Source: Octopus sinensis (lineage: Eukaryota). Taken from it: DNA of 64,000 nt. The notes under the pieces are model-generated. The model searched no databases and had not been told where the DNA came from. It saw only the letters and a program-made list of their open reading frames with translations. Where the stretch lies: the NCBI RefSeq assembly GCF_006345805.1, contig NC_043009.1, forward strand, positions 26,660,001-26,724,000. The letters run 5' to 3'. The translations under genes were made by a program, and so were the position numbers. Shown in pieces: positions 28,454 to 43,491 of this stretch (position 1 is its first letter; the number at the start of each line of letters is the position of its first letter).

Positions 28454-28802
28454 AGACACACACACATACACACTCTCATTATCTCATACCTACATTCAAA
28501 CTCATACCCATGCAAAGTACATGAAAATACACAAATGCATACGTTTACGTGTGTATATTGTACACACACATATATATGTGCTTGTACAACACACACATAT
28601 ATATATATATAGCTGTGTGTGTACATACAGACAGACACACACATACACACACACAACTGTCCCCCATTAAACTACAGCATACTAGTTGTGTGTACCACTC
28701 TTATAATTCCAGGAGTGACAGCTTGTATTTCTCTGCCTTACAAAATTTGGAAGAAGTGCCAATGTTAGTAGTTATAATCAGACATAGACACATGTATCCA
28801 CC

Positions 28803-28837
<35 letters not shown>

Positions 28838-29035
28838 CCTCGCCCTTTCTTTCCTTCCCTCTCGTTCCACCCTCCTCCATTAACTCTGGCCACACGACAA
28901 TAATACTGACACACATCTAATATACGTAGTTTTGTATAGCTTTTATCAATGGAGGCCCAATTGAATTAGGTCCATCGTCTGCTTTCTTGGAATTGGAAAT
29001 AAGCTTCATCGGAGTTCTGATTGGTCAATGCATCG

Positions 29036-29071
<36 letters not shown>

Positions 29072-29670
29072 ACATGCATATATACATACATATATATATA
29101 CATACATATATATACATATATATATATATACATATACATATATATGTATATATACACATATGTATACATATATACTTACATATATATATACACATATATA
29201 CATACATATATATACATATATATATACGTATATATATATATATATACATATAACAGGTACGTGTATGTATGCTCATATATGTATGCCAATACATCTATAT
29301 ATGTATGCATGTTTGCATATATGTATGTATGCACGTATTGTTGCATATGTCGATATACGACTCATACACAATTCTTTAATGTAGCATATATATTTATTTA
29401 GTTTCATCGTGAAAGTAGGCACCTCCATGATAAAAGCACGAAGCTAATATAATACACTAATTCAATACTAATGTGAACACGCATCGGTTAGGTGTGTTGA
29501 GCTCCCGATTAAACAGTTGCAAGTTCGATTCCAGAATTGGGTGGCATGTTATGTCTTCGCTTATTTCCCGTTGTTCAAGTCCACTAGGTTGAAAATTAGC
29601 ATCAACCTAACGCTGGTATGGCCCTCTCTATCACCAGCTATTACAACCTCGAAGTGCCATTACGTTAAAC

Positions 29671-30036
29671 CAGTGGTTCCTCAGCCAAAAATCCATGAGA
29701 CCCCTGGGGGGGTCCACATAAGAATTTTACGGGTTCATACAAGCAAAGTATCAAGTAAATTGAGAATCCACTGTAATATTAAAAAGATTGCGTGAAAATA
29801 TTTTGCTTTAGATATATTTATTGCGAGAAACAGCTTGGCTTCTTACCCTACATAATACATGTTTCCGGTCATTGAAACATTTTCTCACAGAGAGTGTTGC
29901 TACAAAGCTATAATAGTGAACGTGTGAAAAAACAATATAGTATCTATAAACTAGTGGCTATGGATGGGAGTGGGGTCCACCAGAATAAAGTCGCTATCAA
30001 AGAGGTTCATAGATTAAAAATGGTTGAGAACTACCA
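29671..30036. mobile_element. hAT (Charlie-like) MITE with a 35-bp tandem duplication at its right end
   Basis: Ends CAGTGGTTCCTCAGCC / GGTTGAGAACTACCA; 8-bp TSD CGTTAAAC/CGTTAAAA (7/8); 30009-30043 is repeated at 30044-30078. Confidence 0.7.
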
Positions 30037-30204
30037 CGTTAAAATAGATTAAAAATGGTTGAGAACTACCACGTTAAAAAGTGAAGAGCCGAAGGATGTC
30101 TATGTCTGCTCGCAACTCCACAGGCGCCTGAAACAACTAACGAAAGCATTGTACATACTGCCAGATTATAATAACCTGAGAATGACGACTATGTTTATAA
30201 AAAC

Positions 30205-31160
30205 CCTTTCTACTAATGGGCACAAGGCCTGAAATTTTGTAGGGAAGGATTAAGTCGATTACATCGACCCCAGTGCTCAACTGGTACTATTTCACTGACC
30301 CCACCCGAAGTCGACCTCGATAGAACTTAAATTCAAAATATGAAGGCAGACGAAATACCTATTTCTTTACTACCCTCAAGGGGCTAAACACAGAGGGGAC
30401 AAACAAGGACAGACAAACGGATTAAGTCGATTACATCGACCCCATTGCGTAACTGGTACTTATTTAATCGACCCCAAAAGGATGAAAGGCAAAGTCGACC
30501 TCAGCGGAATTTGAACTCAGAACGTAACGGCAGACCAAATACCATTAAGCATTTTGTCCGGCGTGCTAATGATTCTGCCAACTCGCCCTTTAATAATAAT
30601 AACAATCCTTTCTACTATAGGCACAAGGCCTGCAACTTTGAGGGAGGGGGCTAATCGATTACATCGACCCAAGAGCGTAACTGATACTTATTTCATCGAC
30701 CCCGAAAGGATGAAAGGTAAAGTCGACCTCGGCAGAATTTGGACTCAGAACGTAGGGACGGACAAAATACCGCTAAGCATTTCGCCCGGCGTGCTAACGA
30801 TTCTGCCAGCTCACCGCCTTAATAATAATAACAATAATAATAATAATCCTTTCTGCTATAGGCATAAGGCCTGAAATTTGGGAGGAGGAGACTAGTCGAT
30901 TGCATCGGCCACAGTGTTTCATAGGTACTTAATTTATCGGCCTCGAAAAGATGAACGGCAAAGGCGACCTCGGCGGAATTTGAACTCAGAACGTAGCGAC
31001 GGGCGACGGCGAAATACCTATTTCTTTACAACCCACAAGGGGCTAAACACAGAGAGGACAAACAAGGACACACAAACGGATTAAGTCGATTATATCGACC
31101 CCAGTGTGTAGCTGGTGCTTATTTAATCGACCTCGAAAGGATGAAAGGCAAAGTCGACGA
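30205..31160 (-). mobile_element. Head-to-tail array of about 4-5 SINE family A units
   Basis: Repeated CTTTCTACTATAGGCACAAGGCC ... GTCGACCTCGGCGGAATTTGAACTCAGAACGTA units separated by (AAT)n. Confidence 0.9.
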
Positions 31161-31827
31161 AATTAAGATGGAACTCTTCAGTAGCTTCCAATTTATTTCC
31201 TAAATATTTTTGTAGGTATGATTACGTGGTTAATAAACTCGCTTTTCAACCACGTGGCGTCATATTCAGTCCCACAACGCTGCACCTTGGGCAAGTGTCT
31301 TCAACTATAGACTCAGGCCAACCAATGATTTCTGAGCGAATTCAGTAGACAGAAATTGTGCGGAAGTCCGTCGTATATATATATGCGTATATTACATACA
31401 TATAAGAGGGATGACCACTAAGTGGACATCCAATATGCGAGATGTAGATCCCATATGGTCTGATCACTGAGAAAAGATTGTTCTCACGAAAATTCAGCAA
31501 ACACCAGAACGTAAGCGAGCAAAATAAATGAAAAAAATACAAAATATAATGATTAGTCACATACCAAACTTCATTGTTACCATTTAAGTACGTAAATGTC
31601 TGCAATTCATCAGTGTAACCGTCAAAGCAAATATAGTTTGAAGAACCATATACGAAACGTCCATACGAAATAGAACATGCATATAGCTTTGCCAATTATA
31701 TTTGGGGGTATATTTCAAAAGTCTTCGTTTTGGCGCGCCAAACCCTTCAGATTTTTTCAATATGCTAGGCCACTGGTTTTAAATTGATATTGATCATATA
31801 AATATTCAATTTTTTACCCTTATTATT

Positions 31828-31860
<33 letters not shown>

Positions 31861-31865
<5 letters not shown>

Positions 31866-32130
31866 AAAATAGTAAATGTGAAAATGTTAAAAATATATAT
31901 ATTTGTGTCAAATGTCTGGAGAATAAAAATTTTTTTCCGTTAAAATGACATATTTTAAATTTTTAAAGAATTACCGGTTTCGCGTGTAGCTACAGGTAAT
32001 TTCTTTAAAATTTAAAATATGTCATTTTAGGAAAGGAAAATTTTTCCATATTCTCCAGACATTTTGACACAATATATATATTTTTTAACATTTAAGCTTC
32101 TGTCGTTTTTTCACACTTACTATTTCTTAT
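31861..32130. repeat. Imperfect AT-rich foldback inverted repeat
   Basis: Arms 31861-31975 and 31995-32130 are complementary with indels; 19-nt spacer. Confidence 0.8.
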
Positions 32131-32168
32131 ATATTCACCCACGTGCTTTACCAAACAACTTTCTTATC

Positions 32169-32201
<33 letters not shown>

Positions 32202-33613
32202 ATATGTATATATATATATATATGTGCGTGTGTGTGTATATGTGTGTTTGTATCGCCTAGCAAATTATTTTATTTGGTAAAATAAATCAGAAACCATGGT
32301 CCAGGAAATAGATGGTAAATGTTTTTATTTTTCATTCCCTTCGAGAATTTATCCCTAATTAGTGGTTTTGGACTTTAGCTGTTCTTTCTAGCGTAAGGGA
32401 TTCCTATGATGGAAACCTCTTAATGTGTTTAAATGTGCACTGTATTTTATATATATTATACACACGTATATATACACAGACATATATACACACACACACA
32501 TATATATATAGGAAAGCCTTCTTTTTTTTCTGTCTAAGGCTTATCATGATGATCGCCATAAGCTTTAAGCTTATATAAAAATACCATTATTATTATTTAC
32601 AGGATTGTAAAAACGGCGCCGTATAAAAAAACCATTCGTGCCGAAAGCATATATATATATATATGCACACGCATATATATACATATATGTATGTACATCT
32701 GTGTGTGTATCTATGTGTGTCTTTGTGTCTACGTGTGTCCCTCCCCCACCTCACCGCTTGGCGCTGTTAGTTTGTATCGTCCCTGTAACCTAGAAGTTCA
32801 GCAAAAGACACCGATGGAACAAGCACCAGACTAAAAAAAAAAATATGTACTGGGCTTGATTTCTGCGGCTAAAACTCTTCAAGGCGTTGCCCTATCATGG
32901 CCGAAATCCAGTAACTGAAACACATGAAATATCAAATACTGTTTAAAAGGCGCCAGTGTATCGTTCTGCATAACTCACACACACACGTAGAATCATACAA
33001 ACCATGTGGTCTTGGGTTCAAACCCACTACTTGTCACCTCGAGCAATTGGTATCTACTATAGCCCCGAGTCGACCTCTTGAGTGGATTTGGAAGACGGAA
33101 ACTGAAATCCCGTGTGTGTATTCGTGTTATGCTTGTCCCTGGTCCCACTGCTTGGCAACCGGGGTTGGTCTGTTTAAGTACCCGTAACTTAGCTTTTCAA
33201 CATACTACACTGATAGAACAAGTACTAGGCGATACAAAAAATACATTAGTAGGGTCAAAGTGTTCGACTGAAACTCTCCAATGTGGTGTTCAAGCATGAC
33301 CGTGATCCATTGACTGAAACAAGTAAAACATAAAAGAAGATAAGAGAGATGACGTTGCATCGTTCAGAGTAAACCATACACACCTAAAATCATAGAAACA
33401 AACTTTGTTTGATATATATATATGGGAACGATGATTTTCCCTCGCAAATACTAATCGGATACAGTGTGTCGTTAGCCAGCTGGAGGAGATGTCCTTCTGG
33501 GGCTAAAAACAACAGTAGCATCGTCCTCTATGGGACCGCCACATCTAGTTGGCAATTATATTCTACGATTCCGTACTGCTGCTGTTTACTTCTCGCTCGG
33601 AGATTTAATAGTG

Positions 33614-33678
<65 letters not shown>

Positions 33679-34699
33679 CCCAAAAGTGGAACATGAACGC
33701 AACAGACGATAATAAAACAACCGGACAGATAGACGATACAAAGACAGACAGAAAAAAACAAGGACGGGTCATTCGCAGCCTTCTCTCATCAGTCATGTTT
33801 CCAGATCATCCTTACGGTTTCGGCCGGTTATGGTATATACATACAGATTTATAATCACAATGATTTCGTTTTAGCAATCTTAAATAGAAAATACTTTCAA
33901 GACAACGAAGAAGAAAAACTTACAAAATTAGTATAAATACATGCATTTATTTCATTATTTTTATGTGTCTACAAGTAAATATTGTACAATTGTATGTAAC
34001 AAATATTAACGATTGTCTCTTGTCTCGATTTTTTGCAGTACTAACATTTTAAATATATCTTTTTCTTTCGCAAAAACTTATTTCATAATAAATAAATAAA
34101 TAATATTACTTGTGTTTTTTTCTCTCTTCCTCTTCTTCTTTCCTCTACTTCTCTGGCGGGAAAAAATGCTTGGTGAGTGGACATTTTGACTAAGTATTTT
34201 CGCAAAAAATCTACCGCACATCGTTCATATATCCTGATATTATGACATCTATATATCTATATCAAAAGGAATTGTACGAGCTGAAATGAATTCTTTATTT
34301 CTTTACGTATTTGCATATTTATTATTTTGGCTAAATGTTTTTATGCTTTAGTACAACTCCACATCTGCATGAACGCTGCTTTGCTGTTCACGTGATCACT
34401 GCCGCTGGCTTTTTTCAGCATATACACCAACATCTAGCATGTGAGCACTTTTTATCCCCCTCTTTTCTTTGCTATTTGTCTATTTATTTCTTTGTTTAAA
34501 AAATCACAGAAATTTGCCAGTAGCCTGAAGGAAAAGAAATACTTTTATTTCTTCTTTATTTATCTGTAAAATAAAGAAACCACAAGAATTGCTTTACAAT
34601 AAGGTTTATCAAAATACCATTTGCTCGACGCGATACTTTTTGTATAAATTTGTGTATAACTTCAACCTTTTAATTAAAAAAATATAATAAAACAGATTA

Positions 34700-35460
34700 A
34701 TTGAGAGGAAATGGATTGTAATAACTTTTCTGTAAATTTTATGTACTTTCTTAAAAGTATGGTGTATATAATTTTAAAGCTTTTCATAAAGAACGCGTTA
34801 AAAAAAAAAACACTCATGAAAGAATTATCTCCCTTATCTACATTTAATCGAGTAGAGTTTCCCAGCGTTTTTAGTCATGGAGAATTCTCGAAACTCATTC
34901 CATGTTTCACGGAAACCCTACATAAAAATCATTATATATCTTTACATTCTTTTTTCTTTCTCTTTCATAAAGTTGAATTTTATGTGATTAAACAAATCCT
35001 AAAACTGTCTTTAAAACTGTCTCGCAGTCTAAATTCATTAGACGCTATAAAAAAGGTTTAAGAAATTTCATCTTAACTAAAACCAATTATGTACCAAATC
35101 CCCTTATAATCAGTGTTGTCCTAAAGCATGATCATAGTGAGCAGTTTCCCGGAATCCCCTCGAGTGTAAGGGTCCAGAGTGATTCTATATATGATGTAGT
35201 TGGCTGTCACGAAATAAATATTATAAGACCCTATGCTTAACTTTACCCAAGAGCCTATAATATTGTTAAAATAGTCCTGCCTTTAAGTCCCTATTAAAAC
35301 TGTTTTTACCTTAAGGTCCTCTTACTAGCTTCAGATAACAGGGCTCTCTTTGCGCTTGCAAACAGTCTGAAGAAGGGGCTGCGCATCGTTGAAGCTTCCG
35401 AGTATAAGGTCGTGGAATCGGTTTAAACAAACTTCTGCACTCTTCGTTTGTATTGAGTGC
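34700..35460 (+). mobile_element. Possible decayed retroelement (Penelope-like) fragment
   Basis: Non-simple sequence with a 116-codon ORF. Ends in CTGAAGAAGGGG...CTTCCGAG, reminiscent of degenerate PLE terminal hammerhead motifs. No diagnostic protein motif seen. Confidence 0.3.
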
Positions 35461-36769
35461 TCCTCCGGATAATTACCCAAGTGAAGGCGCATGGTTTAGT
35501 GGTTAGGGCATTTGGTTCACAATCCTAAGGTCGTCAGTTCAATTTCCGGTGATGCGTTTTGTCCTTGAGCAAGACACTTTATTTCACGTTGCTCCAGTCC
35601 ACTCAGCTGGCAAAAATGAGTAGTACTTGTATTTCAAAGAGATCAGCGTTGTCACACTCTGTTTCACGCTGAATCTCCCCAAGAACTACGTTAAGGGTAC
35701 ACATGTCTGTGGAGTGCTCAGCCACTTACACGTTAATTTCACGAGCAAGCTGTTCCGTTGATCGTATCAGTTGGAACCCTCGTCGTCGTAACCGATGGAG
35801 TGCTCCTATTAATAAATAAATATATATATATATATATATATACATACATAAATATAAAAAATGTTAATTATGATATATCGATTACAATTTTACTATAATG
35901 CTGTTTCAGTTGCGTTTATCGAGCTTCTGTATGTGTGTGTGACCCCCAACACCGTTTGACAACCGGTGTTTTCGTTCTTTTAGCGGTTTGACAAAAGAGA
36001 TCGATAGTTTAAAATAAGTTAAGTCGTCTTAACATTATCACCAGGCCCTTAGGTCCTTTAGCGGTGTCCACCCGGTTTAATATCACCACCAGGCCCTTGA
36101 GGGACTTCAACCGAGTACACTCAACTTAAAACGACCAACTTCAACAAAGTTCTCTCAGTTTAATACCCCTACCAGACCCTTAGATCTCTATGGTTAACCA
36201 GGAGTATGTACATGGTGGGATTTCAACCTCTTGTAGGTCACGGCTGGATATGTATTCAGAATCCACATAGCCGAACAAATGTCACAATACATCGCGTCTG
36301 GTCACAACCCAGGCCACTTAACAACAACAGCAGCAGCAACAACAACGACGACAACAAACCATCGTCGGGTAGCGTTAATTTCTTAAAAACCCAGTACTCA
36401 CCTTAGGGTCTCGTACGGGGGTGTCACTTCCTGATGCGAAACCCGGCTCCCTTAAAGTAGGTTGCGAAAATCGTTGGTAAGATATTAGTCCTTCCTTTGA
36501 AGTGAAAAGGAATAATCACATCTTAATGGACCCCGCTGCTTATCAAAAGTCGACTAAGGTGTGCAAACACTAAGCGCTTTAGGGTTAAGACAATTTATTA
36601 CACGCAACATACAAGCAAGTAAATCTTATCGCAAAAATCCCGTATTTTATCTCACTCTGACCCTTCTTTTCATCTGTTCCCTAGCATTTGTACTTCCCTT
36701 CAAATTCCTCTCTTTGTCTCTCTCTGTCTCTACTCCCTACATCTGTGTGTGTGTGTGTACGCGCGCGCG

Positions 36770-36789
36770 TGTATATATATATATATACA

Positions 36790-36830
<41 letters not shown>

Positions 36831-36842
36831 TTATATAAACAC

Positions 36843-36884
<42 letters not shown>

Positions 36885-36936
36885 TTATATAAACACATAT
36901 GTATATATATATATATATATATATTTATATAAACAC

Positions 36937-36976
<40 letters not shown>

Positions 36977-36988
36977 TTATATAAACAC

Positions 36989-37021
<33 letters not shown>

Positions 37022-37585
37022 TATACATGCATATATATACACACACATATACATGCATATATATATATATTTATATACACACATATACATGCATATATAT
37101 ACATTTATATACACACATATACATGCATATATATACATATTTATATACACACATATACATGCATATATATACATATTTATATACACACATATACATGCAT
37201 ATATATACATATTTATATACACACATATACATGCATATATATACATTTATATACACACATATACATGCATATATACATATTTATATACACACATATACAT
37301 GCATATATATACATATTTATATACACACATATACATGCATATATATACATATTTATATACACACATATACATGCATATATATACATTTATATACACACAT
37401 ATACATGCATATATACATATTTATATACACACATATACATGCATATATATACATTTATATACACACATATACATGCATATATATATATATATTTATATAC
37501 ACATATACATGCATATATATATATTTATATACACACATATACATGCATATATATATATATATATACACACACACATGTACATGCA

Positions 37586-37642
<57 letters not shown>
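36770..37642. repeat. About 30-bp TA/CA-derived minisatellite (ATATTTATATACACACATATACATGCAT..) followed by (TG)n
   Basis: More than 15 higher-order units. Confidence 0.92.
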
Positions 37643-37644
<2 letters not shown>

Positions 37645-38127
37645 TCTTGCTGACATGTGAGGCCTGTAGTTTATAGCACCTGCTCTGCTTCCTCATTTAT
37701 GGACAGGGCAAATTATTCCTTCTTTTAACATTTGAGTAAATGTACCGCATTCAAGGGAATTCTGGAAAAGCATTTGCAGTGGTTTTGCAAATGGTTTCTA
37801 GCATGTTTTTAACAGAAGTGCTGGGAGTCCACCTGAGCCAGTCGCAGAGTTTGGGTTTCACTAGTCAATGGCTGACAATGCATCCTCTTCTGCAATCTCA
37901 TTGTAATTGATGGTCGCCTTCTTCTCCTGTAGGTTTGAGGTATCGAAGAACTCATCAGGTCTGCTTATTTTCACGTCTTCTAGTGGTGAGGTGAAAACTC
38001 TTTGGAATTGTTTATTGAGAGCTTCACTTATCTTCTTGAGGTTTGCAGTCAATGAGCACATTTCATCACATATAAGTGATTGTTCTAGCATGTTTGGAAG
38101 AGGAAGTGATTTCCATAACTCGTGCAT
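37643..38127 (-). mobile_element. CR1-like LINE fragment (region N-terminal to RT core)
   Basis: LNKQFQRVFT...EEDALSAID, then LKEGIICPVHK*GSRAGAINYRP, matching the CR1 W..A.I.P..K.G......NYRP motif; contains stops. Confidence 0.75.
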
Positions 38128-38191
38128 TTAATTTATCTTGTGTAGTATTTAGCATACTCTTGTTCTTCTTGTATACATGTGTGTGTGTGTG

Positions 38192-38240
<49 letters not shown>

Positions 38241-38332
38241 CTTTCTTTATTGGCCACACAGGCCTGAAATACAGAGGGGACAAATACAAATGTAGAGCTT
38301 TTCTTTTCGAAGATGGAAAAAGAAAAAAGGAA

Positions 38333-38372
<40 letters not shown>

Positions 38373-38761
38373 GTGCGAGTGCATCCGGCGTCATTCCGGT
38401 TTCACTTCAAAGTCCCCACATATCCACATCAAGAGGCATTATAGAGCCACGTCAATCGGCAAGCGAACTGGAGGTAAGGCATTTCGCCCACCTAGCAACC
38501 AGACTATCTCGTTTTACTTCCTTCGTAAATGATATTCCCCGATAACCGGATGTTTCCGTTACCAGGTGACAGAATGTACTCGTGCATTGGAAATAGGATT
38601 TGAGAGAAAAAATAAATAAATAAATAATAATAATAATAATAATAATAAAAGCTCTTCAATAATCCGATATTCTCTGTCATGATAAATAGGAAAATGGACA
38701 GAAACAGTAGCAAGCTGATCTGTTGTTTGGTCTTGACAACACCTCACCACACATCACCCCC

Positions 38762-38809
<48 letters not shown>

Positions 38810-39516
38810 AGTGAAAGTCCGTTAAAGGTTGCTGTGTTCACATTTTTAGATACTAACCTGAAACCATTGTATGAAGGAAACCACAGGCAGTGTGTGTGAG
38901 AGAGAGAGGGGGGAGAGGGGAAGGAAGGAAGGAAGGAAGGAAAGAGAGACAAGTTGAAAAGAGATTTCAAAGGCACCACTAAGCAGTTTAAAAACAACGA
39001 GGTTTTTCCCCTTTTATCAAATAATACTTCATCTTCACACAGACCTCTTCTATAATTTCTCACATAGATTAGATAGATAGATGGATGGATGGATGGGTGG
39101 ATGTGCGTGCAAGTGTGTGAGTGTGTGTGGACTAGTGAACTTAGAGTGTATGTATTCCATCAGGAGTTTCTTCACTGTCAACTGAGTCTTACATTTCCGA
39201 TTATTCTAACAATTATTGAAAAGAAGGAGCGTGACTTTGTATAACGAAACATATTCGAGAGCATGACAAGATGATTCGTTGGCACGTAGGGATTTGATTG
39301 TCGAAAATCTGTTGCAAACGGCATCATATTTTCATATATATAGAGGAATATGTGAAAAAAATGACTTTCTTTTTTCAAACCACATGGTTCCGGGTTTAGC
39401 CTCACTTTCTGACACATTGAACAAGTGTCTTCTATCTACTATAACAACCCCAGGCCTTATGAGCGAATTTGGTAAACAGAAACTAAAAGAAGTCCATGTA
39501 TGTGGAGGGGTGTATG

Positions 39517-39519
<3 letters not shown>

Positions 39520-39587
<68 letters not shown>

Positions 39588-39904
39588 TATATGTATGTAT
39601 ATATATGCTATATGTATGTATATATATGCTATATGTATGTATATATATGCTATGCTATATGTATGTATATATATGCTATATGTATGCATATATATGCTAT
39701 ATGTATGCATATATATGCTATATGTATGTATGTATATATATGCAAATATATATGTATATATATGCAAATATATATGTATATATATGCATATATGTATGTA
39801 TATGCAAATATATATGTATATATATGCATATATGTATGTATGTATATGCAAATATATATGTATATATATGCATATATGTATGTATGTATATGCAAATATG
39901 TATG

Positions 39905-39942
<38 letters not shown>

Positions 39943-40350
39943 TATATGTATGCAAATATGTATGTATATATATATATATGTATGTATATATGTATGTATG
40001 TATATATGTATGTATATATATATGTATGTATATATATATGTATGTATATATATATGCATGCATATATATATGCATGCATATGTATGTATATATATGTATA
40101 TATATATGCATATATATGTATGTATATATATGCATATATATGTATATATATGCATATATGTATGTATATATGTATGTATATATATATATGCATGCATATA
40201 TATGCATATATGTATATATATGTATGTATATATGTATGTATATATATATGCATGCATATATATGCATATATGTATTTATATGCATAAATATGTATATATA
40301 TGTATATTCATATATGCATATATATGTATATTCATATATGCATATATATG
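39520..40350. repeat. Degenerate (TA)/(TATG)/(TGCA) satellite
   Basis: Direct inspection. Confidence 0.92.
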
Positions 40351-42099
40351 TACACACACACTTCGAGCTTCGGCGCAGTTTCTGTCTGCCTAAATAAGAG
40401 TAAGAAACAAAAGATAAAAAAATAGAAATAATAAACCCTGAGGCTGCTTAAAGATTTTTGCACTGAACCTGCATGGCACTGCACTTCCCCATTCACAATA
40501 ATATGTCGTCGGAATATCGCTGAGAAATGAATTGAAGAACTAAAACAGCTGCTGGTGAAATTTGGGTTTGTTGTAAAATTAACAAATGATGCAGGATGCA
40601 TTTGTTTGGCAAAGGATTCGAGCTGTGACTCTGTGTTGGACCTGAAGCCACTATATCGTGAAAATCGTTTTGGGCATTTAAAAACACACAAAAACTGTTT
40701 GATACTCTTTAGATTCAAATCTTGGAGTGTCAAAATTTTTATCGCAAAATTGTAATCCAGTCACTGACACAGTTCCATTGTTGCTGAGAAAGTATGTCTC
40801 ATAATTGTGAGAGGAAATTTTTGAAAATTCAACAAAATAGATGACAAGTGAATTTAATAATTTTTGTGAGTTTTAGATGACCAACATGGACATTTTACAA
40901 CAGAAGTTGAGTATTAGGAAACGGAGATTAAAACGTGCTGTTGTTTTTTAAAATAAATTTTTCTTTATATAAATATTTCTTGCAGTAAAATCACGTGAGC
41001 GGACAGACTAGCGGATGTTGTTATACATCGCTGGTCACAATGCGCTTGGCATAGTTTTTTAGCTTTCGAGCGATCCTGGCCCGCTTGCCAGGCGAGTAGG
41101 CCACGGAAGGCTAGTTCGTTGCAGGGTGACCCATTTACAGCCGAAAGGACTGAGAAAACGTGAAATGAAGTGTTTTGTTAAAGAACACAACGTGTCTCTC
41201 GGTCCGGGAATCGAACCTGCGATCTAACGGTCGTGGTACAGCACCCTAACAACTAGACAACGTGCCTTCACAATTATTGAAATAAATATAAAGTCGCCTT
41301 GAGTTGTTAATTAAAACTTTCGAACAAATAGCCTCATCTTTTACGGTTTTGTTTGTATTTTCTTCCACACACCAATAAACATTCCTTGATATCACATGAA
41401 TTAATCACTTTATCCCAGTGCTTCTGAGATAATCTCAGGACAGAAAGAGGCCAGCAAAGTAAGTTGTAAATAAAGAGACAGAAAGCAACGACAAACCGCA
41501 GCTGTGTCTTTTCCAAGGAAATCAAAAACATTCAAACTTTCAAATGATTCATTTTCTTGTCTTCCGTTACTCTCGTCCTACAAATCGACTCAAAGCACAA
41601 CCCCACTATGGTGCTCCCCTAAGATTCTTCTTTTATCTGACAACACATCAAGACGTAATAACTACTGAATATGAAAATAACAGATTAAAATTATAGTACT
41701 CCCCCCCAGTCCACGCTTCTCAGAGTAGGCAAGACCCCACAACTATATTAAATACATCTTTTATTTTCTTAATTTATTGTAATCTGAATACTTACCACTG
41801 AATAAACAACATTAGTAAGTAATTCGGGATGGCCTTAGACATGTATCGCCTTAGACATGTATCGCGCAACTCCACCGTAGTATGGACATACATTGATATC
41901 ATGTGAACTAGTCCGTTTGCCTAACGGTTATTTGAGCCTTGTGCGTAATGTGTAAGCTTAGGAGAGCAGAAGAGACTAGCAGAGTAAATTGTGAATAAGA
42001 TAGCAAAAAGGTAACAAGAAGCCATTGCTATATCTTCTCCAAATCATAAATCTCCAAACTTTGGTATGAAGGTCCATGAACACCGATGCTTGTAGACAT

Positions 42100-42145
<46 letters not shown>

Positions 42146-43491
42146 AAATAGCTTACTTAAACTAGTGCAACTGGATAAAATGCAAATATTCAATACTTTT
42201 TTTAATACTTATAGTTTACCAGAGGCCCAGTATGGCCGAATGGTTGGCTCATAAAGTGCTGGGACTTGCACTTACATAGTGTGGACTGCTGAGCACATTT
42301 TATGAAAATAAGACTACCATGCACACATAAAAAAACAAAAACTAGTTAAAATATCTTCTTAGTATATAATGGTGGCAAGTTTTATCATCTGAACAGTCAT
42401 TAGTTGAACTATTAGTCCTCTTGCATTCTGGGGGGGGGTATCTGAGCGTTTGAATGACATTAGACTCCCCCCCCCCCCAACAAACGCCCATAAATTAAAT
42501 GCATCTATCTGGGCCACGATCGTGGCCTGTCGACCTGTGCCTGACGGTCACTATCGTGGCCCATCGCGCTTTATGTGTTAAGAAGTTCGCTTCGAAAAAT
42601 CGTGGGTTCGATTTCCTTGCGTGGCATCTTGAGAAAATGTCGTTTTCTATTCTGGTTGCCTCGTATTTTGTAAGTGGAATTGGAAACATAAAAATTGCCG
42701 GGTAGATTGTACCAGGAATTCAAAAAGGAGCTATTTTGTCTGTGGAATGTTCAACCACTTGGATGTTAATTCAAGAACAGGTAATTCAGTAGATCAGATT
42801 AATGGCGGAATACTTAGCAGTCTGAATCGATAAAATAATATCCGTCATTTACTGTTGTCTATTTAATTGACTCCTTGTCAACTTTGAGGAGTTTTATGAT
42901 ATAGTAACGTTCATTATAACCCATCATACACACACACATACCTCCCTTACATCCAACAGAAGGCATTTGATACAACTCTGGAAAGTTAGTTTTTTTTTTT
43001 CTCTCTCCGTATATACAACAATTCTCCTTTTGCTCTGTTCAATTATTGTTGCTGTTGTAGCTTTTGTTGTGTTTAATGTCAGACAGGTCAGACTTGATCG
43101 AGCAGATCTTTGATCAAGGCATTCCAACCATCATCATTCAATCTTATTTTTAGGTATATTGCTTTTAAAGATCATATTATTCAACATGTCTTTCTTTTTC
43201 TTAAATTGCTAAATTATGATTAAAGTGAGGTTTTTTCCAATATTTCTAGAAAGCCAAACGTCACATAGTGGCTCACCGTTCATTTAATCAGTTATTTTCC
43301 CTGTTGTAGTAGGATGAAATATCTCGAGGGGTCACCCATGTCTACCAAGTTTCAAACATCAGTTCTCTTTAACATTTTTCTCGCCCTTTCACAATGAGAA
43401 GGAGATATAGAAATACCATTCATTATAATTGGGTTTCCTATTTCAGTTTCAGTATGTTTTTTTCTTATTCTTTGTGTTTTCTCTGTTACAG

